DNA of 64,000 nt, from assembly GCA_965644495.1 (NCBI GenBank), contig CBFFSA010000012.1:372001-436000 (forward strand). Reading direction: 5' to 3'. Source of the stretch: Perkinsela sp. CCAP 1560/9 (Eukaryota; Protista; Euglenozoa: Kinetoplastea). Positions within the stretch are counted from its first letter, which is position 1, and each line of letters starts with the position of its first letter. This document shows, in pieces, positions 1-10,749 of the stretch. Under the pieces are notes generated by a model. That model was not told the origin of the DNA and made no database searches. It saw only the letters and a program-made list of their open reading frames with translations. Both the position numbers and the translations under genes were made by a program.

Positions 1-397
1 ATGTCTCTTTTAAACGCTTGAAATGGGTGTATGAACCTGCAAATGCCATAAAAACATTTAAAAGGACTTGAATCACTTTCGAAAAAAATCAATTTTTCGC
101 CAAATATTTGTCCCTACCGTCCTACTGGGGGTGAGCCTAAAAAGATCCACATCTCTCTTACTGTGGGGGGTCTCTTACTGGGGGGTCTACGGTAGTATCC
201 GTACCCATTTTAAAAAAATGCCCCTTTTGGGGGGAAAATTTGCTTTGTCTATACCTAGTTACTATGTCTATGACCAGTTACTGTGTCGTGGGGGCACAGT
301 AAACTGCACGGGAGTTTAGTATACCTATCAGCTATACTATTCTGGAATATGGTTTAATTTGTTCTTGGAATAATTATTTCTTGAATATAGCAATATC

Positions 398-1120
398 ATG
401 CTTATCACCAAGTCTTCCGACTCACAACAAGTGAATTCTGTGAGTAGATGTACTCGTCCTTCCAAAGTACGAGGTGCTTCCTTGCCACAAGAATACGAAC
501 TGGCGCGACTTATACAAAATGTAGAAAATCAGCATCCCTCCTGGAGTACCGCAACACCCGCTTGTGAATGGTGCTACGTAGAATGCAATCAAGAAGAAAA
601 GGTAGAAGAAGTTTCTTGGTCGCATACGTCGTTGAGCGGTGAACTTCATCTGTCTTATCTTCCGTTTTCAGTCAAAATCTTCGACGTTTCAGACAACCAA
701 CTCACAGGAAGCGTAGATCTTACGCATTTGCCGGAAGCAAATTGTAGATTTAATCTTTCACGAAACCGCTTTTCAGGTCAGGCAGATCTCACAAAACTAC
801 CGAATGAAATGGAAGAACTGTATTTGATACAGAACCAGTTTTCGGGAAATGTCTGTCTCACTCAACTACCCATACATTTCCTAATTTTGGCCTTGAACGG
901 AAATCAATTTGAAGGAACTTTGGACTTGGAACATCTTCCCATTAAAATGGAAGCTTTGTATCTTGAGGAAAATAAGTTTCGTGGAACGGTAATCTTGGAT
1001 ACATTGCCGCCAAACCTACACGATCTGTGGTTAAATGACAATACAGAGCTTTGCGGCACATTAGACAAAAAGGAGACCGGGTTTGCCAGGATTCAGAATA
1101 CGAAAATAATTGCAGAGTAA
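398..1120 (+). CDS. Small LRR-only protein, family member 1
   Basis: RPSKVRGASLPQEYEL leader, W-x4-PACEW-x3-C cap, 23-aa LPxxLxxLxLxxNxFxGxxDLxx repeats, ends TKIIAE. Confidence 0.9.
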   Translation: MLITKSSDSQQVNSVSRCTRPSKVRGASLPQEYELARLIQNVENQHPSWSTATPACEWCYVECNQEEKVEEVSWSHTSLSGELHLSYLPFSVKIFDVSDNQLTGSVDLTHLPEANCRFNLSRNRFSGQADLTKLPNEMEELYLIQNQFSGNVCLTQLPIHFLILALNGNQFEGTLDLEHLPIKMEALYLEENKFRGTVILDTLPPNLHDLWLNDNTELCGTLDKKETGFARIQNTKIIAE

Positions 1121-1546
1121 TTTTTTCACACTAATATTTGGCGGCCACAGAGTCGTTTATCTGTGGGCCCAGAATTCATTTATTTGCAGATCGATTTATT
1201 TGTGGATAATCTACTCAAGGGTCAAATCATCAATTTTTTATCCTTAATACGTAAGTACTTCCGTAAATACCCCTCCACCTGTTTCGTTCCAAATTTTTAT
1301 GAGTCATATTGTCAATATGATTGACTCAATCATTGAGTCAATTTCATGTGGTGGGATTCTCCTTTTCTTATTTTCCTTCTTTGCTTCTTAATTTTCTTTC
1401 TAAAGATTCTCCACTTTACTACTTTTCGACTATTTTATCCCCTATCCTTTTCTTCCTCTCTCTACCCACTCCTCTTCCACCCCACCCCCCTCCTTAAGAC
1501 TATAAGAATTGTATTTCTAAAGAGGTTTTTAACGAATAATACATTT

Positions 1547-2743
1547 ATGTTTATTACACAGTCTTCCGACACACCCCAAGCGAATTCTGTGAGAAGCTGT
1601 ACTCGTCCTTCCAAAGTACGAGGTGTTTCCTTGCCACAAGAATACGAACTGGCGCGACTTATACAAAATGTAGAAACTCAACATCCCTCCTGGAGTACCG
1701 CAACACCCGCTTGTCAATGGCACCGTGTAAAATGCAATCAAGAAAAAAAGGTTAGCGAAATTTCTTGGTCGCATAGCTCGCTGAGTGGTGAACTTCATCT
1801 GTCTTGTCTTCCGCTTTCCACTACATTATTTAGCGTTGCAGACAACAAGCTCACAGGAAGCGTAGATCTTACGCATTTGCCGGAAGTAATGCATAGACTC
1901 AATCTTTCACGAAACCGCTTCTCGGGCCATCCAGATCTCACAAGACTACCGCACAAAATGGAAGAATTGGAAGGGGACGCACTTCGCACTCTTCACCCCT
2001 CCCCGGCTCGCTCTCTTCGAGTGAGCTTTCTTCCCTCCCCGGCTCTCTCCTTCTCGTGCTTTCTTCTCCCGGGAGCTATGCGCCATGGTGGCCTCCCTTG
2101 AGGACCACTGGGCGTGCTACAGCGGGAGGACACATTGTATGCGTGTATAGGGGATGCGAACTTGCACCCCTCTCTCCCTACATGCTGTAGCGAGTGCGGC
2201 GGTAACGGACCTCCCCATGATGCATCATGATCCACGATAGACCATCTGACAGCATGAACCCACGGCTTGACCGTGTTGCAGCATGAACCATGGCTATACG
2301 TGCTGTAGCATGACCGATGGGCGTCTCGTCTCCTACCTCGCACTCCACTCTCTGTGTGACACCCGTCGTATGCGGGTCATGCGCCGATGGTATCGGCCGT
2401 CACACAGAGAGACGTATCTCTGCGCCACGAGCGTATGATCATAACCCTGATACAGAACCAGTTTTCAGGAAATGTCTGTCTCACTCAACTGCCTACGAAT
2501 TTACGAATCATGGCCTTAAACGGAAATCAATTTGAAGGAACCTTGGACTTGGAACATCTTCCGCTTAGCGTGGCAGGTTTATTTCTTGAGAACAATCAGT
2601 TTCATGGAACGGTAATTTTGGATACATTGCCGCCGAATCTACACAATCTGTGGTTGAATGACAATATAGAACTTTGCGGCACATTAGACAAAAAGAAGTC
2701 CGGGTTTGTCAAGCTTCAGAATACAAAAATAATTGCAGAGTAA
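1547..2743 (+). pseudogene. LRR member 2, interrupted by ~477-bp insertion
   Basis: Nearly identical to 4946..5668 up to gaagaattg (1969); homology resumes at tgatacagaacc (2448). Confidence 0.9.
1970..2446. mobile_element. Structured non-coding element family B, copy 1
   Basis: Absent from the paralogous empty site near 5369; no TSD, ~4 bp of target replaced; shares 5' and 3' domains with 13670..14100. Confidence 0.85.
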
Positions 2744-2778
2744 TTTTTCCTACTTTTTTAACCTTTAGAAAGCCATTG

Positions 2779-3180
2779 GGTCAAAGTGAAGCATTGTTTC
2801 ACACTTTTTTTAAAACATTTATTATCGCCCTATTTTGGCAAAAAGAAGAAATTAACTCTCTTGTACTTGTTCTAGAACGATTTCTACATTCTCGCAAATG
2901 TCATTTGAGGTCCTAAAACAGGCGACGGAGGGCATAATTTCATGTTTTCCTCTCTTTAGCTTACTTTTCACAATTTCTGCGCCGAACTTCAGCCGATTAT
3001 CTCGCGCTTCTTTCCCACTATCAAACGTACCGTCACCGCGAAAAAAGTACAACTGTATGTAAACAAATGTCAGAAAAATACTTTCAGTGCACGTAAAATA
3101 TGATAAGGCAACACTTAGAACACCTAAAAAAAATAACGAAAAAAAAATATTTTTATGTGAAATAATGCTTCACTTTCACC
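2779..3180. mobile_element. MITE with 8-bp TSD (Merlin-type)
   Basis: TIRs ggtcaaagtgaagcatt / aatgcttcactttcacc; TSD agccattg/agccattc; empty site visible at ~5696 (gaaagccattcatgtg). Confidence 0.85.
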
Positions 3181-3463
3181 AGCCATTCATGTGCTTTTGT
3201 TCCTAATTTTTAGAAATCTTATGGAGTCAATTTTAATCCGACGCCAGTCTCTTTTCATAAACCCCGCCGATCGAAAAGTCACCCCCCTCTAACTTTTCCG
3301 CCAAGTGTCCGTTTGAGCCCATTTTTGTTGCATTTTGCAGATCCCAACACAAAGACTTTGCGCGTTAAAGCATAGAACCAAAACTCTCAAATATGTGCAT
3401 CTGATAGACGGATTATCACTTTCTTCACACTTTTCAAGATACCAATTTCTCACTTTCCAAGTA

Positions 3464-4145
3464 CATTGCGTGGCGTTATTGCGGGACGGGTTAGCTACGG
3501 GACGGGTATTTAAGGGACAATATAGAGGTGGTCATACCTTTGGAATTGAACAAAAGAACTACAAGTGTAGCGCCCAAGTCACAGAGCGCGCAAGTTATCG
3601 GGCACATATTAAATGTATTTGTAAGATAAATGAACGAAAAGGGGATGACTAAAGGAAGATAATTGAAAGAAAAAGGTATAGTAGAGCCTTGGAAAAAATA
3701 TGTAGAAATAACGACGGTTTGGGTGGTTATAAAACTACCGTTCTACCCTCGATTATTGAAAACAAGGTGAACAAAAACAGTAAAAATATACTGAGGAACA
3801 CAGTAATATAATAGAAGAAAAAAATATAAAAGGGGGCTCCGGTGGTCCAAAATTGAAAAAAATGGAGGGTCTAGGGGGGCATACCGCACGAAATTTTTTT
3901 GAAAAAAATATTTTTCGAAAAAAAACCGCAGAAGGGGTAGCCGGGGTCTTGGCGCGCATTTTCCATTCCCCTACCCGGGGGTGACCCCCCCGCGTATCCG
4001 CAGGACGGGTCCGCCAAGTTTGGATTTTTTCGGAAAAAAAATTGAAAAAAATTTCGACTTGGCGAAAGTTGATTAATTACTGGGCACTTTGGCCTTGATG
4101 GGGGGTGTCCCTTAATTAACCCGTCCCGTAATAAGCCCCGCACTG
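3464..4145. mobile_element. Tc1/mariner-type MITE (TA TSD) carrying a nested family A fragment
   Basis: TA|cattgcgtggcgttattgcgggacggg ... cccgtcccgtaataagccccgcactg|TA. Confidence 0.75.
3721..4067 (-). mobile_element. Family A hairpin-capped element, partial (small-hairpin end)
   Basis: Reverse complement of ~35475-35875. Confidence 0.85.
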
Positions 4146-4159
4146 TAATCAAATCTTCT

Positions 4160-4820
4160 CCCATGAGAAATTCAATTTATTTGATCTGTTTTTGCCGATT
4201 TCTATTACAAACGAGAGATCTCGTTCCCCTGGCAAAGAGCTTTGCAGCTATTCTTTAATATTGATACATTTGTACCCCCTGGACGAGGAGCGTTTGTTTT
4301 TTAAAGTTGGTGTGGTATGGCGATGCGAAAAAACAAAATAGAAAAATAATTTTCTCTCGTTCTTTTTCTGAAATGATCTAAAAATGGTGGGAACGTGCAG
4401 TTCTCAGAATTTTGAACGAGAAAATGATATCTTAACCCCCTTAGGTCCCTTCAAGCAAAATGTAAAGGGGGCATCTTAAAAAAGTTGATTTTACACCGTT
4501 TCAAGAAACAACCAATCAAAGACAAATATTTCACCACTTGACAAATTCAATGATTGTTATCTGCCTTTGTTTATTTTTGTTGCAAACGAGAGATCTCGTT
4601 CCCCTATCGAAGAGCTGTGACGCCATTTTCATATTGAGCCCCTTCTCCCCCCTGGCCGCTGAGCATGTGATTTTTCCTGTCGTATTGGCAAGACTGCGCA
4701 AAAGAATGATTAAAAAAGTGTGTTTTTATTTTTTGCTTGTGAAGAGGTCTAAAAACAGCGGCAACGTGCAGATCTCAAAATTTTAAACAGCAAAGTGGTG
4801 CCGCAACCCCTTTAAACCTC
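4160..4820. repeat. Degenerate ~350-bp direct duplication
   Basis: aaacgagagatctcgttcccct at ~4209 and ~4564 with further aligned blocks (aacgtgcag..ctca). Confidence 0.65.
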
Positions 4821-4945
4821 ATTGTATTCGCTGTGTGGGGTTTATTTTTCTTGATTCTTTCTTCATTCTTTCTTTAAACATTCTCCACTTTATACGGTAT
4901 ATAAGAATTGTATTTCTAAAGAGGTTTTTAACAAATAATACATTT

Positions 4946-5668
4946 ATGTTTATTACACAGTCTTCCGACACACCCCAAGCGGATTCTGTGAGAAGCGGTA
5001 CTCGTCCTTCCAAAGTACGAGGTGTTTCCTTGCCACAAGAATACGAACTGGCGCGACTTATACAAAATGTAGAAACTCAACATTCCTCCTGGAGTACCGC
5101 AACACCCGCTTGTCAATGGCACCGTGTAAAATGCAATCAAGAAAAAAAGGTTAGCGAAATTTCTTGGTCGCATAGCTCGCTGAGTGGTGAACTTCATCTG
5201 TCTTGTCTTCCGCTTTCCACTACAGTATTTAGCGTTGCAGACAACAAGCTCACAGGAAGCGTAGATCTTACGCATTTGCCGGAAGTAATGCATAGACTCA
5301 ATCTTTCACGAAACCGCTTCTCGGGCCATCCAGATCTCACAAGACTACCGCACAAAATGGAAGAATTGTACTTGATACAGAACCAGTTTTCAGGCAATGT
5401 CTGTCTCACTCAACTGCCTACGAATTTACGAATCATGGCCTTAAACAGAAATCATTTTGAAGGAACCTTGGACTTGGAACATCTTCCGCTTAGCATGGCA
5501 GGTTTGTTTCTTGAGGAAAATAAGTTTCATGGAACAGTAATTTTTGATGCGTTGCCGCCGAATCTCCGCAATCTGTTGTTGAATGACAATACAGAACTTT
5601 GCGGCACATTAGACAAAAAGAAGTCCGTATTTGTCAAGCTTAAGAATACAAAAATCATTGCAGAGTAA
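4946..5668 (+). CDS. Small LRR-only protein, member 3
   Basis: Intact paralog of members 1 and 2; ATG chosen by alignment with member 1. Confidence 0.9.
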   Translation: MFITQSSDTPQADSVRSGTRPSKVRGVSLPQEYELARLIQNVETQHSSWSTATPACQWHRVKCNQEKKVSEISWSHSSLSGELHLSCLPLSTTVFSVADNKLTGSVDLTHLPEVMHRLNLSRNRFSGHPDLTRLPHKMEELYLIQNQFSGNVCLTQLPTNLRIMALNRNHFEGTLDLEHLPLSMAGLFLEENKFHGTVIFDALPPNLRNLLLNDNTELCGTLDKKKSVFVKLKNTKIIAE

Positions 5669-5975
5669 TTTTTCTCACTGTTTTAACCTTTAGAAAGCCA
5701 TTCATGTGGTTTTGTTCCAGTTTTTTGGAAATCTTATTGAGTCAATTTTCATCCTACGCGAGTCTCTTTTCATATTTTCCTTCTTTCTTTCTTCTTTTTG
5801 CGGTTTGAGGGCACGTTCGTTGAATGTTCATGAACGTGCCCTCAAGCCCATTTTTCTTTCAAAACATTCTCCACTTTACCCCTTCTTTCTTAACTCCTTT
5901 TTATCTCCTCTTATTTTCTTCCTCTCTCTCCCTTTCTCTTTCTCTCTACCCCCTCCACCTCCACCCCCCCTCTCC

Positions 5976-7982
5976 ATGCTCCACCCCACCCCCCTCCCCC
6001 GCATCAAAGCCCCCCGCAACACCTGCGTCGGCCCCGAGTACGACCGCTGGTGGACCAAATACGACGCCTGGAGTACCTTTAACCGCATCCGTCGTCTCGT
6101 CGGCACCGGGTTCTACATCCCCCCGGAGTGGTACCTCCACTTCCGACTCTTCCCCCCGCCCCACAATCTCGCTCGAGAGGAGCAAACCCTAAACCCCTAT
6201 GCCCATGAGCCCCACAGGAGTGAAACCCAAAAGAATACTAACCCTAACCCCTTTAATCATAATAATAATAATAATAGCAATCATAATAACCTTAGGAATA
6301 ACCATAACCATACTAATCGGTACGATGGTAATAATACTATGAACTCCCCCTTCCCTTCCTCTCGCGAACAACTTCGCGCAGAGCTCGCGACCCACAGTCG
6401 CACCGCCGCCTCCACGGGGAATCGGTACACCAATTTATTTTGGGTCCAGAAGCCCCTGGACGAGATGGAGCGGGCCTACCACCGGCGGGTCGCCCAGCAC
6501 GGGCTCTCGCACCGGGAGGCCATGGAGGCGGTGGTGCGGGGGTACTACGCGGGGGAGGGGGTGCGGCTGCGGGTCCACGCGCTGCACCGGGAGGAGGCCG
6601 CGCTCAGCGGCAAGTTCCTCTCGATGCGGGAGGGGATCGCGGCGGTCCACACGCTGGGGGTGCTGCAGCGGGAGGCGCTGGCCCCGGCGGATTACACCGC
6701 GCTGGCGTGTGGGGTGCGGCAGGGGCAGCGGGGGAATCGGAGGGTGGGGGTGCGGAAGGTGAGGGTGCGGAGGGGGGTGTGGGAGAGGGCGAGGGCGAGG
6801 GGAGAGGGAAAAAGGGGGAAGGGGGAGGAAAAGGGGAAAGAGGAAGGGGAAGAGGTGAAAAAGGGGGAACGGGGGAGTGTGGAGGATGCGGCAAAGGGTG
6901 ATAAGGTGGAGGTAAAGGAGACAAAGCCTGGGGGGGAGGAGGTGGAAGGGGTCGGGGAGAAGGTAGTGGGAATTGGGGAAACGCAGAAGGCGTCGACTGA
7001 AACTGATAAACGTTCGGATGCCAGTGCCACGGATTCCGAGACAACTGGCTTGGAAAAATCTCCTTCAGATTCAGAGTCTCTTGAGTCAAGCAAGGACACC
7101 TCTCCCCAGAGCTCTGTCCCTAGCGCTCTGGACTACCCTTTGGAGGTCCCAACTCTTACCACTTCTACTACAGTGGAGCTCCAAACACCTGTCTCACGTC
7201 TGCATGGGACTCTTGCCTCGCTACGTGAGCGACGCGCGCGACAAGCTGTCGGAACCTCTTCGTGGTACGATACAAAATCGAGTTTAGAGCCGACATCAGG
7301 TGCAGCGCCCATAGACGCTCCAACAGAAAATCAAGAACAGTCCATTCAGAAAACGGAATCAAAGCAAGACACCTCACAAACTTCTGTACCTCACGAGCTA
7401 ACCCCTACGGACGGGACCAAACCCGTTGAAGCTCCTTTTGGCTTATTTATGTCTGATCTTTCCGAGCGTCTCCATGACACCCCTTCTACGTCCGCCAAAA
7501 CCCCTTCCTCGGAGAAGGGTTCCTCCGACACAACCTCCCGTATCCCTATTTCTAAAACTTTACCTCAGACACCCACTCGGGGTTCATCTCCCCTCTCTAC
7601 CCCCTCTAAACCACACTCCCCTGGGTCCTCACCTAAAGCAGGGAAATCGGTTTCGGAACTTCTCCGTGCGCTGCACAAAACGAAACCGGAGAGTGAGAGA
7701 CTCATGAGGGGTGGAGGGAGAGGTGGCGGTGGCGGGGGCTCCCGGGGCGGCATGGCCCCCGGTGAGGGTTTGAAACCATCGAAGGTGTCCTCATCCCCGG
7801 ATAAAGCGTTCTCCTCTCATGACAAACCTCCCATGTCACCCACAAGGTCCAAAAGCTCAGAGGATGGCGCCTCCTCTCTACTTCGGGGAATGGGACAGCG
7901 TCATTCCTCTCGAGGGAGAGGAAGTGGGCTCTCCGGTATTGGAGGTGGGGGAAGTCTCTTTGGAAAACGTGAGAGTAGGTAG
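5976..7982 (+). CDS. Probable mitoribosomal protein mS23-like with long low-complexity C-terminal tail
   Basis: STFNRIRRLVGTG..PPEWY..FRLFPP resembles the mS23/MRPS23 N-terminal motif (FxRxRxL..G..P.W....FPP); ATG follows a pyrimidine tract. Confidence 0.6.
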   Translation: MLHPTPLPRIKAPRNTCVGPEYDRWWTKYDAWSTFNRIRRLVGTGFYIPPEWYLHFRLFPPPHNLAREEQTLNPYAHEPHRSETQKNTNPNPFNHNNNNNSNHNNLRNNHNHTNRYDGNNTMNSPFPSSREQLRAELATHSRTAASTGNRYTNLFWVQKPLDEMERAYHRRVAQHGLSHREAMEAVVRGYYAGEGVRLRVHALHREEAALSGKFLSMREGIAAVHTLGVLQREALAPADYTALACGVRQGQRGNRRVGVRKVRVRRGVWERARARGEGKRGKGEEKGKEEGEEVKKGERGSVEDAAKGDKVEVKETKPGGEEVEGVGEKVVGIGETQKASTETDKRSDASATDSETTGLEKSPSDSESLESSKDTSPQSSVPSALDYPLEVPTLTTSTTVELQTPVSRLHGTLASLRERRARQAVGTSSWYDTKSSLEPTSGAAPIDAPTENQEQSIQKTESKQDTSQTSVPHELTPTDGTKPVEAPFGLFMSDLSERLHDTPSTSAKTPSSEKGSSDTTSRIPISKTLPQTPTRGSSPLSTPSKPHSPGSSPKAGKSVSELLRALHKTKPESERLMRGGGRGGGGGGSRGGMAPGEGLKPSKVSSSPDKAFSSHDKPPMSPTRSKSSEDGASSLLRGMGQRHSSRGRGSGLSGIGGGGSLFGKRESR

Positions 7983-8285
7983 TGCATCGTGAAGGAAAGG
8001 CTTTTGCGAATCACTTTTTTTGTAAAAACTTTTGTTGAAAAAGTTTACTTTTTGAATAGATAATAGGAAAGAGATGCTTTCGCGGTCGTTTCTAAAGAAT
8101 GCATTATGAACTATGAAAATGAATTATGTTTTTATGCGCGGCTTTTATTTCGTGCACTTGCTACATAGTACTCTGCGAAAATCAGTAAGAGTGTGAGAAT
8201 TGTTTTTTATCTTCAAGGATGTACATACCATGTTTGAGTCAGCGTTCTACGTTTTATACGCTTTTATATCTTACGTTTGAAAAAA

Positions 8286-8909
8286 ATGTATCTGCTAGAC
8301 TTTGCTGCCACGCAGGATCCATCACAGACCATTCGCAAGTCTCGCCTTGCGAAAGTCACGGGCACTTCGTTACCTCTGGAACAAAACTTAATGCGCCTTT
8401 TATATGCCGTCGAAAATTCTCACTTGATTGTCGATAAGCAAAAGCCTGGGTGTGATTGGCGAGGCGTACACTGTAATGTTGGAGGCGATGTTCTTTATAT
8501 TTCTTGGCCTCGTATGGAATTGCGTGGAGAACTGAATTTTGAGTTATTGCCTTCGAAAATGGAACGATTTTATATTCATGACAATCACCTCTCTGGTGAG
8601 TTCCTCTTTGAATATTTGCCTCTAACTTTGGAGTTTTTTTCGATTAAAGGCAATCGATTCACTGGAAACTTAAATTTTCATTACTTTTCGGAATCCATAA
8701 AGTACATTGATCTCGGCATGAACTTTTTTTCTGGGACGATTGATTTTAGCTTACGCCCCTTATCTTTGCGTGAGATTTATTTGAACGGTAACACTGATCT
8801 GGAAGGTCATCTACAGCAAGGGTCAGTTCTGTTATACGATGTTCAAGGGACCCGAATTACAACGAACGAGGGTGAACTTTTTCGACGAAAGAACTACCAA
8901 TATGGTTAG
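8286..8909 (+). CDS. Small LRR-only protein, member 4
   Basis: RLAKVTGTSLPLE leader variant, CDWRGVHC cap, LRRs. Confidence 0.88.
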   Translation: MYLLDFAATQDPSQTIRKSRLAKVTGTSLPLEQNLMRLLYAVENSHLIVDKQKPGCDWRGVHCNVGGDVLYISWPRMELRGELNFELLPSKMERFYIHDNHLSGEFLFEYLPLTLEFFSIKGNRFTGNLNFHYFSESIKYIDLGMNFFSGTIDFSLRPLSLREIYLNGNTDLEGHLQQGSVLLYDVQGTRITTNEGELFRRKNYQYG

Positions 8910-9442
8910 TACTTCTCCCTTCTTATGTTTTCTTTGTGTAGTAAAAATGCGAACGAAGCCTAAAATCAGCAGAGTAGAAAACTGGTCTATAAAAAACACT
9001 TAGAAAAGCTTAAAAAATGTATCGCGAAGTTCAATCAAAATCTAGAATTTACAAAATTAGCCCAAAAAACAAAATTTTCTCAAATATTATTCCAGTTTGT
9101 CTGTTACCGTCAAAACGCTTATTGAGGTAAGCAATAAACAGCGATATTAAGGTATGTAATAAACAGTGTGAAGTGACATGTACTCGTTGGAGGACGGGTC
9201 TCATCGGGCCCCTTCAAGTGGACTTACTTCCTCATTCGCTCGTTTATTGTAATTGGAATTAATTCCAGGAATATGGATTACAGAGATAAAAGATGGCTAG
9301 CAAAGGAAATTTCGCTTTTTACTATGCCTGAAATACGATTAAACTAGTGTCATCAAGAATCAAATGTTCTTTATTAACGCTACTATGCTTATTCAAATTA
9401 TATCATTACATCACTTAGGCACGATATTAAATACTAACAACA

Positions 9443-9997
9443 ATGTTCATCGCTCTCTTCACTCTGTGGGTAACAATACCGCCTCAACTTTATTTTGAGG
9501 ACACAGCACCTCAGTTATCTCGACTAGGCAAACCCCTTGCGACTATGTTGCCCGAAGAAGTTTTACTTGTTCAATTTATTTCCAATCTCACCAACACAGA
9601 CCGTAGTTGGCGAGCGACGAAGAAAAATATATTTCACAAGACAAAAGTTGTGTCAGCTTGCACGTGGAGGGGTGTGCAATGTACCTCGGAGTCCAAAGTA
9701 CAAGGATTGTGGTGGAATTACTTCAATCTGTCTGGAGAGCCAAACTGGCATTCTCTTCCGGCACATCTTCGTGATATTGATTTATCGTTTAATAAATTGA
9801 CCGGCGAAGTACCATTTTCTGTTCTCCCACCGAGCCTGCGGATACTCCATTTACAGAATAACCAGTTTGTTGGTGAATTGCGCTTAAACGATCTTCCGTT
9901 CGGTATACGCAGCGCGCATCTGCAAAACAACGAATTCATCAAAAACAAGGGCTTCGCAGACAAATATCCGGAATCTCTCAAAGACCTTCACTATTGA
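9443..9997 (+). CDS. Small LRR-only protein, member 5
   Basis: RLGK..LPEEVLL leader, ACTWRGVQC cap, short LRR run; paralog of 14222..14776. Confidence 0.88.
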   Translation: MFIALFTLWVTIPPQLYFEDTAPQLSRLGKPLATMLPEEVLLVQFISNLTNTDRSWRATKKNIFHKTKVVSACTWRGVQCTSESKVQGLWWNYFNLSGEPNWHSLPAHLRDIDLSFNKLTGEVPFSVLPPSLRILHLQNNQFVGELRLNDLPFGIRSAHLQNNEFIKNKGFADKYPESLKDLHY

Positions 9998-10387
9998 AGT
10001 TATGAACCCTTTTCACGCAAACAAAATGATTCTACTGATATGCATTGTACACCATTGTAATAATTTTCAATGATTTGGAAAACATTTTTATGGGTCGACT
10101 TTAACACGCTGCGTTATTATGTGATTATAGTGCAGAGGTTTTCTTCACCATTATTAACCCTACACCCCCTTTCATTAATAATGATAATTGGAGAGTCTGC
10201 AGGTGGGCTAGGTTTGGGTTCAAAAAACCTACAAGAACCGAGTACAAGAACCTACACGGATCTACCGCCGAGAATGTCGTAAAGAAAGGGAACGGACTCG
10301 AGAAACTAAGATGGAGTTTTCAAGTTCTCAAAAGCGATGGTTAAGAGATTTGTTGGGAAAGTATTGCCGTGCTTGCAAACAAATTTT

Positions 10388-10749
10388 GCTCAAAGTGAAG
10401 CATTATTGCGTCTTTCTTGAAAAGAAATAGACGAAGATATTTGTTTTAGGTTTATGGACCGCTACTACATATTTCTTTCGATTTCGCTTCTAAAAAGCTG
10501 AGTCTGCACATTAATTAGAGATCCCAGCGAGCGACTCGCTCGCCAGCAATCAATGCTCGCTACGGTTCGGCTTCCAGCAGACAATTTAATCAATTGTGCT
10601 GTTGTGCGCAGTTCATAGTGATCAACCGTAAAAAAAAGGTTGTGTTTTTAATAATCTGACACACTCTAAAGGAAAACATATTTGTTTTAAACCTATATTT
10701 GAAAAATATAAAAAATATTTTTTTGGCGCAATGATGCTTCACTTTCACC
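10388..10749. mobile_element. MITE with 8-bp TSD (same TIR family as 2779..3180)
   Basis: gctcaaagtgaagcatt ... atgcttcactttcacc flanked by perfect caaatttt duplication. Confidence 0.85.

Noticed and set aside
1346-1546. Hydrophobic signal or TM extension on LRR members 2 and 3 in the ORF track
   Set aside because: It is translation of the duplicated pyrimidine-rich spacer; paralog 1 starts at the downstream ATG
2067-2116. HDV-like or hammerhead ribozyme in the family B core
   Set aside because: Superficial likeness (gcctccc..gg..ctggg) but the P1/P2 pseudoknot cannot be built and there is no CUGANGA core
6233-6252. Telomere-like accctaa units
   Set aside because: Only two imperfect units inside an Asn/Pro-coding tract
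9780-9997. DGR-style adenine-specific variable region in LRR 3' ends
   Set aside because: Differences include many non-adenine synonymous changes; no template repeat or reverse transcriptase seen
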